Below, piece after piece: positions 26,263-36,908 of a DNA stretch of 64,000 nt. The DNA is from Vicugna vicugna. Taxonomy: Eukaryota. The notes beneath the pieces are model-generated. The model saw only the letters and a list, made by a program, of their open reading frames with translations. It was not told the origin of the DNA and searched no databases. The position numbers and the translations under genes were made by a program. Each line of letters starts with the position of its first letter. Within the stretch, counting starts at the first letter, position 1. The stretch covers positions 3,139,502 through 3,203,501 of the forward strand of contig MU058059.1 of NCBI GenBank assembly GCA_013265495.1. Direction: 5' to 3'.

Positions 26263-26549
26263 TCTACCAGCACCTTGTGATGAAGATGTGGAAATCTGGC
26301 TGCAGGCACAGAGTGGAGGTTGTCTATTAAAGCCTGCGTTGAACTCTGCTAATTATTCTTTGTGAAGCAGGAACTGGAAGACCAAGGTGCAAATGCAAAC
26401 CCCACGGAAGAGTTTAGACACCAGAATGCGTTCACTTTCACGCTTTTTAACCTTCCAGCTGTTAGGTGAAATGACCTGTCAATTTTCAGTCGCGGGGGCA
26501 CCTGCTCAGTCTGTCTCAGACCCTTCGTCAGTGTAGCTTGCTGTGTTTA

Positions 26550-27412
26550 ACTTTGTCCTTTGTGCCGAACTCTTGGGGGCTCTTAAGAATGAGTGTTAGT
26601 CTAAGCAAGTCTATGGCGACAGTAAGAAACTGGAAATAGAAAAAAAAATCTTTGCCAAATTCTTCAGAGATTACTGCATTTGCATATGCTCGAAAACCAA
26701 ACTTTATAAAAAGCTTTTTGATTAAACCAGAGAAAAGTAGCTGATTTAAAAATAAACATTTGTACTCACCTCGTGATATTGGGGGCCTTTCAGTCTTGGT
26801 TTGGGTGATTACAGCTGAAGCCAGCTGCAGCCTGGAAGTGAGGACCCTATTTTTGGCTTTGCTGTTCAAGAGCTGGGAGGGCTTCGGGGTCAAGAGAGCA
26901 AAGCGAGAGCATAACCACGTCTCCTGGGACCTGCCGGACCTTGCTGAGGGCAGAGATGGGATTTGGTCGGGTGACGAGTCTTCTCCCAGCTTTGCCAAAG
27001 GAAACCCAGCTCTGTGTTGGCTTACAGCTGTTGGCCATGATTTTATTTGGCAGTATTCTAAAAATTATTGGGAAGTCTGCATCTTTAAAAAAAAATCATC
27101 TGTCAACCCCCAAAATAAGGCAAAGATGTACTTAAGAAAAGTACAGATCATATTTTTCCTCTTTAGATTTCTAGGTCAGTTTGAGGGTATTTGATACAAG
27201 CACTGTCATGGTTGTCATTAAGTAGCTACATTTCTCAGAAGATTCCGCTGGCTTCTGTGACCTCCTCTCCTTTCTAACGGGCTCAAATAGGTGCGTCGTG
27301 GAAATGGAGCGTTCCACAAGCTCTGTGTGTTCATCACTACGCGGGCAGCCGTAGCCCTTGTACTTTGGCAGATCCTGGACAGGGGCTGAGAACCGGCAGG
27401 CAATATCCGCCC
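26550..27412 (-). pseudogene. Pseudo-exon(s) with a DUF4062-like N-terminal region
   Basis: Acceptor tttcgttttattcatag| at 27413; fragments ADIACRFSAPVQDL, RRTYLSPLERR, SACIKY, YFS*VHLCLILG, LIKKLFIKFGFRAYANAVISEEFGKDFF spread over shifting frames; internal donor GAG|gtgagt at 26769. Confidence 0.5.
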
Positions 27413-27439
27413 CTATGAATAAAACGAAACGCAGTGCAG

Positions 27440-28130
27440 CGGAGAAGCAGCAGGCGCTGGCGTCCCCGAGGCGGGGCCGCGGCCCGCCTGCGCCTTGCGC
27501 GCCCCGCAGGCGCGGGTACCCGGGAGCGGCCGTCGGGCGGGTCCCAGCAGGCCTCCGCCCCAGCGCTGGCGGCGCCCGCCCCGCCCCTGCCGCCCCGCCC
27601 CGCCGCCGCCGCGGCCTGCTGCTTCCCGTCGCCCGCGAGCCCCGCTGGCCTCCAGGGCCAGGCCGACCTCGGCGGGAAGCGCCCGGACGTCGCTGCCCGT
27701 CACCCGGCCCCCAGCGCCGGTCCCCGGCGGAGACCCGAGGACCTCCCTCCGCCCCGCCCGCCCCCACGCTCGGCGCACACCTGCCCCAGGTGCGCCCGCC
27801 CGGCGGCCCGGGGACTGCAGCCCCGCGGCTCCCTCTCCGCTCCGCCGGGAGGCAGCGCTCCAGCGGAAGAGCTCGGCTGGGACAGGCAGCAGCGCGACTG
27901 AGAAAGGATGGGGTGGGGCTCCTCCAGCGTTCGCGCTTCCGAGAACTCCCTTACCTCCCTCCTTTGTTCAAAGCCCGTTCTGTTTCCAGAGGCCCCTCAG
28001 GGCTGCCCCACTTACTCGGGCGGAGAGGCGACACACTTACCTCATCCTCCCACGTTCCATTCGGCTGATAAAACCCTTCCACAGCTTTGCGGGGGCGCAA
28101 CCGCCATCTTCATCCTACTGAGGAGGAGAC
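27440..28130 (-). promoter_or_regulatory. Orphan CpG island / promoter of the minus-strand pseudogene
   Basis: CpG-dense with GC boxes; YY1/start-type AAGATGGCGG (plus ccgccatctt 28101-28110); three minus-strand donors at 28040, 28015 and 27954. Confidence 0.75.
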
Positions 28131-28418
28131 AGCTCAGCGAGGCTGCACAAGCCCCCTTCCGGAAGGCTAGGGGCTAGACCCAAACCAGAGTCTCGGACTC
28201 CAGAGCCCACACCCTTCATCCCGGCCCGCAGGCCCCTGGTCCGGGCCTCACTTCCTTTCTGCCCCGTGGCCTGAGTCCATGTCAGCAGCGGGGTCCCTCT
28301 AAGACTGGGGCTGCTGTGTTCCAGCAGCTCCTCCTGACTCAGTGTCCAAGTCCCGCTCCCTGCTGGCAGTGCCCCCCCATCTCTGCCGCTACCTGGAGGT
28401 CCCAACACAACATGAACT

Positions 28419-28553
28419 CGGGGAGGGGGGAGGGTGTAGCTCAGTGGTAGAGCAAGTGCTCAGCATGCTCCAGGTCCTGGGTTCCATCCCCAGTGCCTCC
28501 ATTAAAATAAATAGACAAAATGAACCTAATTACCTTCCCCGCACAAAAAAAAC
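28419..28553 (+). mobile_element. tRNA-derived SINE (vic-1-like)
   Basis: gggtgtagctcagtggtagagc...ggtcctgggttccatccccagtgcctcc followed by an acctaattacc tail. Confidence 0.85.
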
Positions 28554-28864
28554 CCAGCCTGAGCTGGTCCCCATTGTGCCCTCCAGTCTGGCCGGGGGCT
28601 GGGCCAGCCGCGACAGATGGCAGCCTCGTGGGGCCACCCCTGTGGCTACAGCCCTGGAACCTCATTTTCTCTCAGCACCAGCAGCTGGATCTGAGTCCCC
28701 ACGTTCACCCCGCGTGGGGAGCGAGTCAACTGAGAAGGCCTGCCCTGCCAGCCCTCTTCCCTGGATCCCTATCCACCGAGTTGTGTCTAGGTCTTGAGGT
28801 GCTCGAGCAAGACAGCTTCGGTGGGACTAACCCAACAAGACTTTGACCTAAGTGTCCTGTATTT

Positions 28865-29200
28865 GTTCATTGGTTCACTGGGGCGGTAAGTTGGGTTTCC
28901 CCAGAAGCCAACTTTGAGTCTAAGCAGTTGATTTGAGGGGTGACCCGCGGAAGTGTTATTGAGTGAGTTGCCCCTGGGAGTACCCGGTGTTCAGTGCCAC
29001 TGGGGAACTCCAGGTGACAGCATCTAACCCAGCTCAGGGTCATTCCACAGAAGGAGGCTGAGGAAGCTTGGGGAGGCTTCCTCCCAGTCACGTGGTCACT
29101 GGCTGCTGACTGCACTGCCCTTGTGGCTGAAGGCCTCACCTGGAGAGTGGTGGGTGCTTGCAGTGAGATTGTTCTGGAATATACTGTGCTGGTATAACCT
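28865..29200 (-). mobile_element. Old ERVL-type LTR fragment
   Basis: ttgggtttccccagaagcc...gcagttgatttgaggggtgaccc resembles LTR16/LTR33-type ends. Confidence 0.45.
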
Positions 29201-29890
29201 CTGGGTTATAATCAGAACACAGGCAGCATCTGCTGTAGTCAGTAGAAATAACACTCAAAGCTGCTGTTTTCGTGATTCTGGAAACCTTCTGGAGGAAGCA
29301 CATAGTGTCCCAATCAGTGCCACCTGTGGAAGTCTAGCAAGGCTTCTTACGTTTGGCTCGTGACCTGTGCACCAGAGCCCTGTGCAGGACGGCTGTGGCA
29401 GCCCCGCCCCCGTCTCAGCACGTGAACTAGGCCTTTCAGGAAACTCCGTCTTTTGTGTGTTTTTCACTCTTTCACCAACTGAGAATATAGTTCATCACTC
29501 GTATTTTGTGAGCCCTGCCCTCACATGAAAGGGCAGGAACTAGGTGCTTGAAAGAGTGCTAAGTGTAACATACTCTTCCTGCCCTCAACGAACATGTCAT
29601 CAGGTTTGGCAGTTACAACTCAAATCATCATTCTTCTTTTCAGGTGGAGTACAGAGGACCGACTAAAGGGTGGGGTTGCATAAGAGCCTTTCCAGCTGGA
29701 AAGTCTGTAAGAACAGAAATCAGGTTAGCTTGAGACTAGAACTGAAATACCTAAATCACAGAATTGAGTCCCTGATTTAAACCTCTTGCCGAGTTACTGA
29801 GGATGGCACATCTTTTAACATTGTGCTATAGTTAGTTTTCAGTCTGGCACCCTCTATACTGCCAACTCCTTAAGAACAAGGATAATTTCC

Positions 29891-30430
29891 ATATGAGTTA
29901 TCTATTGCTGCATAACAAATTACCCTAAAACCACTAGCTTAAACCAAGATACATTTATTATCTCAGTTTCCACAAATCAGCAATCTGGGCACAGCTGGCC
30001 TGGGCCTTCCTTCTCAGAGTCTTTCACAAGCTGAAATTGAGATGTCAGCCAAGGTTCAGGTCTCATCTGAAGGCTTGACTGGGGAAGGATCTGCTTCCAA
30101 ATTCACAGGGTCGTTGGTAGAATAAGTTCTCCATGTACTGCTAAAGTGAGGGCCTTGGTTCCTGGATTGCTGTGGGCTGGAGGCCTCCCTCAGTTCCTCG
30201 CCAGGTGGGCCTCTCCAATAGAGCAGTTTGCATCTCCAAAGCATATGAGTCAAGGCAATAGAGACAGACGTCAGTCTTCCCTAAACTAATCACAGAAGTG
30301 ATGTCCATCACCTTGCCCTACTCTGTCAGTTAGGAGCAAATCACTAGGTCCACACCACACTTAGGAGGAGGAGATTATTTAAGGCCATGAATACAAGAAA
30401 GTGGGGATAATTGGGGGCTGTCTTACATGG
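29891..30430 (-). mobile_element. MaLR solo LTR (MLT1F/G-like)
   Basis: agttatctattgctgcataacaaattaccctaaaac...catctgaaggcttgactggggaaggatctgcttccaa. Confidence 0.75.
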
Positions 30431-31368
30431 TTATAGTAGGTGCACAGTGATGTTTGTTATTTTGCATGCTTATTATTCCTAAAACAACAGAACAAGTTGC
30501 AAAATTGCATCACAGCAAAAGGACATTGGATTTCAAAGGGAGCAGGCCATATAAAAGGAGAGTTTGGGCTCAGACATTCCATTCTGTTCAGTGGGCAAAT
30601 CCACCTAGAATCCACTCACGTGCTATGAGCTAGAAGATGAGCTCCCCAAAGGTGGGACTGTGTCCTTAATCTTGACATCTTCCACACCTATTGCCCTTCC
30701 CTGGCAGGCGAAAGGAGCTTGGCAAACACTGAATGGACTGTGACCTGTCTTAGTAACAAAATGTGTCCCTTTAAAGACTTTTCCCACCCAGGTTACACAT
30801 TTAACAAAATATGATGCCAATTTAGAAGGTAGTCACGCGAAGACGAAGTTAACTGCTGCAGCAATCTAAACAAACATTTGACTGACTGTCGACAAGGTGG
30901 TGCCCATCTTGGGTCTGGTGTCTTCAGTTTTCAGTACCCTTTGAAGATTCTCACCTGAGAAGGCTTATAATGTGGACCAACAGAAGCAGTATCCAGTAGA
31001 ACTGCACTTGTTACTACCATCAGGGGGCTCTTCACAGCACGGCCCCTGGGCAGGTAGCGTTTAGGGTCTCGGTTCATCTGGAGAGGTTCGCTAGCCCTTA
31101 AGGACTGCGGTGCTGCGCGTGCTCGGAGGTGTAGAATCTCACACAGATGTTGAGCTGGAGTTTAGCAGAGAGTGAATCCATGTGAAAATGCGTGCAAACC
31201 CTTCTCTGCACAATGTGAGCTATACATTTTTTGTGAGCCCTTGGCCATCTAGGATTGCAGTGGGTTTTAAGAATGTGCCATTGTGTACCTCAGATGAAAT
31301 GCTGATTTAAAAAAGGAAGTTCTTTTTATTCAGAGGAATTAATCCTTGGTCTCAGAACTGATCTACAT

Positions 31369-31460
31369 CCTCTCTCTCTCTCTCTCTCTCTCTCGCTCTC
31401 GCTATCTCTCTCCCCCACCCCTCCGTCTCCTCTGTCTCTATTTCTCTCCCTATCTCTATC
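31369..31460. repeat. (CT)n pyrimidine-rich microsatellite
   Basis: Direct reading. Confidence 0.9.
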
Positions 31461-32639
31461 AGTTCCTCTATTTCAAGGAAGAATGGTTTTCTGGTTCTAT
31501 ACGTGTAAGATATTTGTGGAAAGTCACCAACCTCACCAGCCAGTTCACCTTCTTACTGTGTTCTGGGTGATTTACACCATGCGTGTTGACCCTTGCTTTC
31601 CTTCACGTTCGTAGATGAGTAAGAATCAGATTGTGTACTTTGTAAGAACGACTGGGGGGTTCCCAAGAGCTACAAGTTCTGCAAAATAAGCCCCTTAAGT
31701 AAATAATGGAAAATGATAGTTTATTTTAAGTCTTTTGAAAGTGGAAAAGTGATGCAAAAGGAAAAGGCCTATCTGCTCTTAGTCAGCGTTTGACCTTTGA
31801 CTATATAAACACAAGAAGCACATGAGCCCCGGCTAGAAACAGAGCATTACTTCTCTGCTCCCCACACGAACAAAATGAGTCTTCCTGTTAAATTTTATGG
31901 CGAATGCCAGAGCACTGTTTCACAGAACATCACATTTAATAATTTATTCTTAAGGAAGAAGACAGTTGTTAAGAGCTGGGCCAGCTCAGTAATTAAACAA
32001 AAAAAAAAAAGAAAATTTACTCTGTAAAGTGAGGCGTTTGGACCCGATCTTTCCTAGTCTTTCCTGCTCCAAAATGGTGATACCAGGACTCATCAAACCA
32101 GGCTGTCTCAGAATCCATACAACCGCTCCTGTCCTTCCACTGCCCCAGAAGCCCAGCCCCATCTCGTCTCGACAGTGATACACACAGTTAACACACAGTG
32201 GTGTGCAAGTCCTGCCGAAAGCACCACCTTAATCATTTCCCATAAACAGAATAACTTAATGTTCTCATTATACTTACAGAAATTGAGGACCAAAGCGTCT
32301 AGTAAGTGGTGTGGTCAGAATTCACGTCTACTTTCCTCTGATTGCAAAGCGTGTGGTCTCCATTCTCCCACGTCCTCAGTAGAGCCTATTTGTGATGCCT
32401 CAGACGGAGAAGAAATCATAGGAATGAGGGAGCCAAAGTTCCCGCATGTGGTTATTCCCTTCAATTTGATTCTAGCTCCACTGGCTCCTAGTTCCCCTCC
32501 TCCCCCTCCAAAATACTGCATTCTTTAATTAAAGGATTGATGGTTGACCACTGTAGTTAGGGTCAACTTCCCTGGGCTTATGGTAGTAGCAGTAACTTAG
32601 AATAGTGGAATAAACACCAACCAGACAGCCACAGTGTCC

Positions 32640-32731
32640 ATTTAATCAAGCCAACTTCAATCAAGCCTACAGGGTTTTAATCAAGCCTACAGGGATTTAA
32701 TCAAGCCAACTTCAATCAAGCCTACAGGGTT
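32640..32731. repeat. Composite tandem repeat with five aatcaagcc cores
   Basis: 37-bp perfect direct repeat at 32640-32676 and 32695-32731 flanking an 18-bp sub-unit. Confidence 0.9.
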
Positions 32732-33376
32732 AGGTCACTAACATTTGAAATCACTGATGTCCATGTTGGTCTGTGTCCAGAAACAATGGCTTTGAAAGTG
32801 GGAGGAAGAACAGGGATTCTTTTCAAACAGCCCCCACAATTCTAGCCTGAGGACTCTGGGAAGAACTGTTGATTGTGTTTTGGGTTACTTGATCAGTGGG
32901 CTGGTTCTAGAAATGAACTCACATTCCTGGGCGTGAAGAGGTATCAATCCTGCTGTTTTCATTTAAGAATTATTTGGGTGGATGTTAAGCCAGAGTCACC
33001 CTGGACATTAACAAATCTTTTGGCCTGGTGAACCGAGTGGTGTCACACTTACTGGCAGTTGAATGTTGAACTAAATGCATTGACTTCCGGTATCATTGTT
33101 GAAAAAGTGTTAACAGCCTCGACACTCCTTTAGGCCTGATCCTTAATGTTTTAAACGTTACTCTTGCCCCTCTTTGGTTTTGCTCCTAGGGAACGGAAAT
33201 AACGACACCTGCTAAGCCCTTACTTCCTGTTAGACACTGGTGAGATATGTGCTTTCCTTATGGACTGTCAACTCCAAACACGCTGCTCTCCCAAAGAAGA
33301 TCCCAAGCTAACATTTATTGGCACTTACTCTAAGCTAGGTACTGTTCAAGAATTTCACAGGTGTTTCATTTCATTT

Positions 33377-33498
33377 CACTAAAAAATTTTTTTTTAATTT
33401 TTTTGTGGGGAGGTAATTAGGTTTTTATTTATTTATCTTTAATTGAGGTACTGGGGATCGAACTAGGACCTTATGTATGCTAGTCACGCACTCTACCA
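33377..33498 (-). mobile_element. 5'-truncated tRNA-derived SINE
   Basis: Same family; TSD tgtttcatttcattt at 33362-33376 and 33499-33513. Confidence 0.8.
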
Positions 33499-33689
33499 TG
33501 TTTCATTTCATTTTGACAGGTGCTGCATGACTCATTTCATTCTCATAGTAGAGCTTTTAGAAGGGTACTATGACTAACCAGAAGCCCAGAAAGACTGATT
33601 TGCCTAGAATCACACAGCGAGAAGGCAGCCGAGGCAGGATGTGGACCAGCAGTCCGATGCTAGAGCCTGTTTCCTTAACTACCACATTA

Positions 33690-34030
33690 GTTAGGAACGC
33701 CACTGAGACAAGTCGGCCAGAGGAACATCTGAGACCCTTTCTGGAGAGGTGAGTCCTTTTTCTCCCTCGGAATGCTGTTGTCTGCATCTGATCCTTGGAA
33801 CTGCTGCAGCCACCTTGTGACCATAACAGGAGTCCCAGCGGAGAGAGCTGTGGTGTCGAGACGGAAGGCATTCAAGTTTTTAAGGACATCTTTGAGTCAC
33901 CGAATTATCTCATCTTGGAACTGCCCTACTTCTGCAATTCTTTTTGTGTGAGATCATGAACCCAGTACTGTTTAAGCTACTTTAGTTAGCTGTCCCATTA
34001 CTTGTATGGAAAAGCACTCTCACCAACACA
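33690..34030 (+). mobile_element. MaLR LTR fragment (MLT1J/K-like)
   Basis: ggaactgctgcagccaccttgtgacc...tgtttaagctac...ttacttg. Confidence 0.6.
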
Positions 34031-35329
34031 CATGTGTGTGAGCATAAATCCAACCAGACATGCAGCCCTTGCAGAAAGGCCAAATAGTTGCACCATGTGT
34101 AAGATTTTAATTGTCAACAAATATTGAATTCCTTCCATATGCCAGATACAGTAAAGTTGTTGAATGGAACAAGCTGGGAATGTCAGGTTTCCTATGCACC
34201 TATGGTGGTTATAATCCGGTGGTAAATGTGGGAATGAAAATGTACACAGGCATATTTAGGGAAGGTATCAAGAGGACTAATCTGGGCAGAGAAGTCAGAA
34301 AGGGCTCTGTTAGAACCCAGTAAAAGCCTGCAGACCACATTTTAACAATCCATACCTTATCAGTCAGTGTCATCCACTTGTAGGTTTCTATGTATTTAAT
34401 TTGTGATATGTTTTGGTTTCAGTGATATAAGAACTATAAGGACAGTGTTACGCATGTAATAATGTTTCGGGTATCTATATTTAGGTAACTTTATAATCAA
34501 ATAGCTCAAATAGACATATAGGCCCAGAACATTTTTCCCCTGAAGCTGATATGGAGGAACAAGCAAACTAATATAAAAGATAAAACAAAAGAATGGGAAC
34601 CAAGTCATTTGGTGTCTCTTCCTAGCTACTGGCTGGGAGCCCTCTGTGACTTGAATTCCCTAATTTGTAGAATATGATGCATAAAAAGTTGCAACGGGTT
34701 ATTTTAGGGTTTTTAAATTAATGAGGGATACTTAAAGAAAAAAATCCATGTACTGGTGCGAAAGTTCCAGAAATCATTCACAAGTTTATGACAGCAAAGA
34801 AAATGGGCAAAAGGAAGAGTGTGGGTACAGTGAAGGGAGAAATCAAGAGGCGGTGAATGCCTGAAAACAGCGCTGTGCATATCAGTTATTACTGAGTAAA
34901 TACTTGTTGGAATTTCCAAAGATGACCAAACACCAAGAAGGAAGTGGCTTTTTTCTTTTGAAAGTTTTATTACGGAGGATTTCCGACATGTACGAAGTAC
35001 GGAGACAGCAGTGAGACCCACCAGGAGGCTTCCACTGTCACCACCGATGGCCCACCGCATTTCCCTGGTGCCCCCCACCCTGTTACTCTGCTGTCGCCCT
35101 AGTATGTGGGCACGCACCTCGGAAGCCCGAGAATGGGGAACCTAGGATTTGGCGTCGATGCCTAGCTCACTGGGTGGCGGCCATCTGCAGCTTTAATCCT
35201 TCCATTCATTAAATTCTTGTTACAGGGGGTTGCAACGGAATTTTTTTTATAAGCAACTACAATTAAAAGGGAGGTGGTTAAATAAGGTTCTCCTCATGAG
35301 GCTCTCCAGGAGGGAGGCTCCCCTCATAA

Positions 35330-36130
35330 ATCCAGGTAGGCGGAGCCCCAGACGCCTCCCGGGACAACGCCCTTCAAGGCGGGGACCCCAGGCGCGGTCC
35401 ATGGGACCCGGCCTTCTAGGGCGCGGGCGGCTCCTCGCCCCGCCCCGCCGCGCCCCGCCCCGCCCCGCTCCGGGAATCTCCGTCCACCCCGCCCTCGCGC
35501 GCCCCCGCCGCCCTGGGCGCGAGGGCTGGGCTCGGGAGCGCGCACGCCGTGCGTCCCGGCCGCTCGGGATTGTCGCCCGGCGCGCCCCGGAAGGCCCGCA
35601 GTTCGGCCCGCCATGTTCGTCTCCGCGGCGCTCCGGGCCCGGGCGGCGGGCCTCACCGCCCAGTGGGTAAGGAGGCTCGAATGAGCGCGGGCGCTGCCGC
35701 CGCCCTCCCCTTCTCTCTGTGCCTCCTCTGGCGGCGGGCACTCGGGAGCCCGGGGCGCCAGACGGGCCTGCGGGCGGCCGCAAGGACACCGCGGCCTTCG
35801 ACCGCTCCTCAGGGAGGGTCGGCCGTGCGGGTGCGAGGCCTCTCCTCGGCCGGGAGTGCGCGCTCAGGGCGGTCATCGGCCGGAGGGCTGGCGCCGGGCG
35901 AGCTCCGTCCCGGGGCAGCGCCGAGCGTGGGCCCGGCCGGCGGGGGAGTCCGCGGGCGTGTCCTTGGGCCGCGGAGGGGCGACCCCGGCGTCCCGGTGCC
36001 CGCGTTGCCCGCACTTGCCCTGCGTGCCAGGGGCTCGGCGAACTGCTGTGTCGCTCGGCACCCGAGGACGCAGGGCCCGCGTGGGCCGCTGAGCTCCAAG
36101 CTCACCTCGCGGGAGGCAAGGACGTAGACT
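35330..36130 (+). promoter_or_regulatory. NDUFV2: NDUFV2 CpG-island promoter
   Basis: Dense CpG; tandem GC boxes at about 35438-35470; ETS/GABP-type CCGGAAG at 35587-35593; no TATA box seen. Confidence 0.9.
35613..35666 (+). CDS. NDUFV2: NDUFV2 coding exon 1 (mitochondrial presequence, MFVSAALRARAAGLTAQW)
   Basis: Kozak gccATG at 35613 inside a CpG island; 54 nt ending TGG|gtaagg; peptide matches the mammalian complex I 24-kDa subunit N-terminus. Confidence 0.97.
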
Positions 36131-36693
36131 CTCAGGTGGAAACACTCGTCCTCGTTGACTTAAAAATGCACATTCCAGAAATGACGAAGGGGCCCACGGG
36201 GCATTTACCAGAAAGAAAGAAGCCTTTCCCCCAGCGGTAAAATAGAAAGCTTGAGTCAGTTCTCAGCAGGGGCGAGGGAGGCGGTGTGAGCTCACGGCTC
36301 TGCAGTTAGACCTGAGTTTGGATGCTGTCTTCACCACCTTTTTGAGCTTTGTGACTTAGGGCTTTTATGTTTCTCTGTTTCCTCAGTTGCAAAATGGGGA
36401 TATTCCGCTTTGCAAAGCTTTGTCTTCCAATGAACATATGAGGTTCTGTTGTTACCTGCTGGGCTCCAGGTAGCAACGTGGATAGTAATAATGATAGGTA
36501 ACATTCTGCGACTGCTTTCTAAGTGCCAAGCACTGCGTTAGGTAGTAACATTTTAAATCTAGTTTATGAGGCTTGTACTATTACTTCCCCATATTACAGT
36601 TAAGAAACGTATTTAGATGATCCCTGTTTTTATGGAGTTGATAGTCGTAATAGGACCTTAAAATTAAATTAGTGAACATACAGCGTGAAAGTA

Positions 36694-36908
36694 CAGTTGG
36701 CCCTTGAACGGGTTTGTGCTGAGTGGATTCACTCAGAGGCGGGTTTTTTTTCCCAACAGTAAATAACTACAATACTGTAGGATCCATGGTTGGTAGAGAA
36801 TATGGAGGAAGCTCATATTGGGAGGTCCGGCTGTTGTAAGTTATATTCGGATTTTCAACTACTCAAAGGGTCCATGCCCCTAGCCGCTGGTGTTCAAAGG
36901 TTCAACCG
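36694..36908. mobile_element. Non-autonomous Tigger-type DNA transposon
   Basis: TIRs cagttggcccttgaac...gttcaaaggttcaaccg, flanked by TA on both sides. Confidence 0.8.

Larger units (their letters stand above)
3035..28113 (-). pseudogene. Degenerate multi-exon DUF4062-NACHT NTPase gene (TTC41/NPHP3/TEP1/NWD-like), candidate unitary pseudogene
   Basis: Series of minus-strand GT-AG exons starting in a CpG island; collinear NACHT motifs; stops, frameshifts and an exonic L1. Linkage of exons below about 17 kb to this gene is inferred. Confidence 0.65.

Noticed and set aside
27100..28044. In-frame TGA as selenocysteine (VGG-U-GADIAC)
   Set aside because: No convincing SECIS after the 27171 stop, and the locus has many other stops and frameshifts
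27358..28121. Long Arg/Pro/Gly/Ala ORFs in the CpG islands (also 35230-36240 and 60778-62438)
   Set aside because: Stop-poor GC-rich DNA is open in most frames on both strands; no domain content
28419..28500. tRNA-Ala-like gene (also at about 4400, 13850 and 33450)
   Set aside because: Diverged copies with A-rich tails, two with clear TSDs; these are SINEs
32640..32731. CRISPR-like repeat-spacer
   Set aside because: The spacer is itself a repeat sub-unit; eukaryotic context
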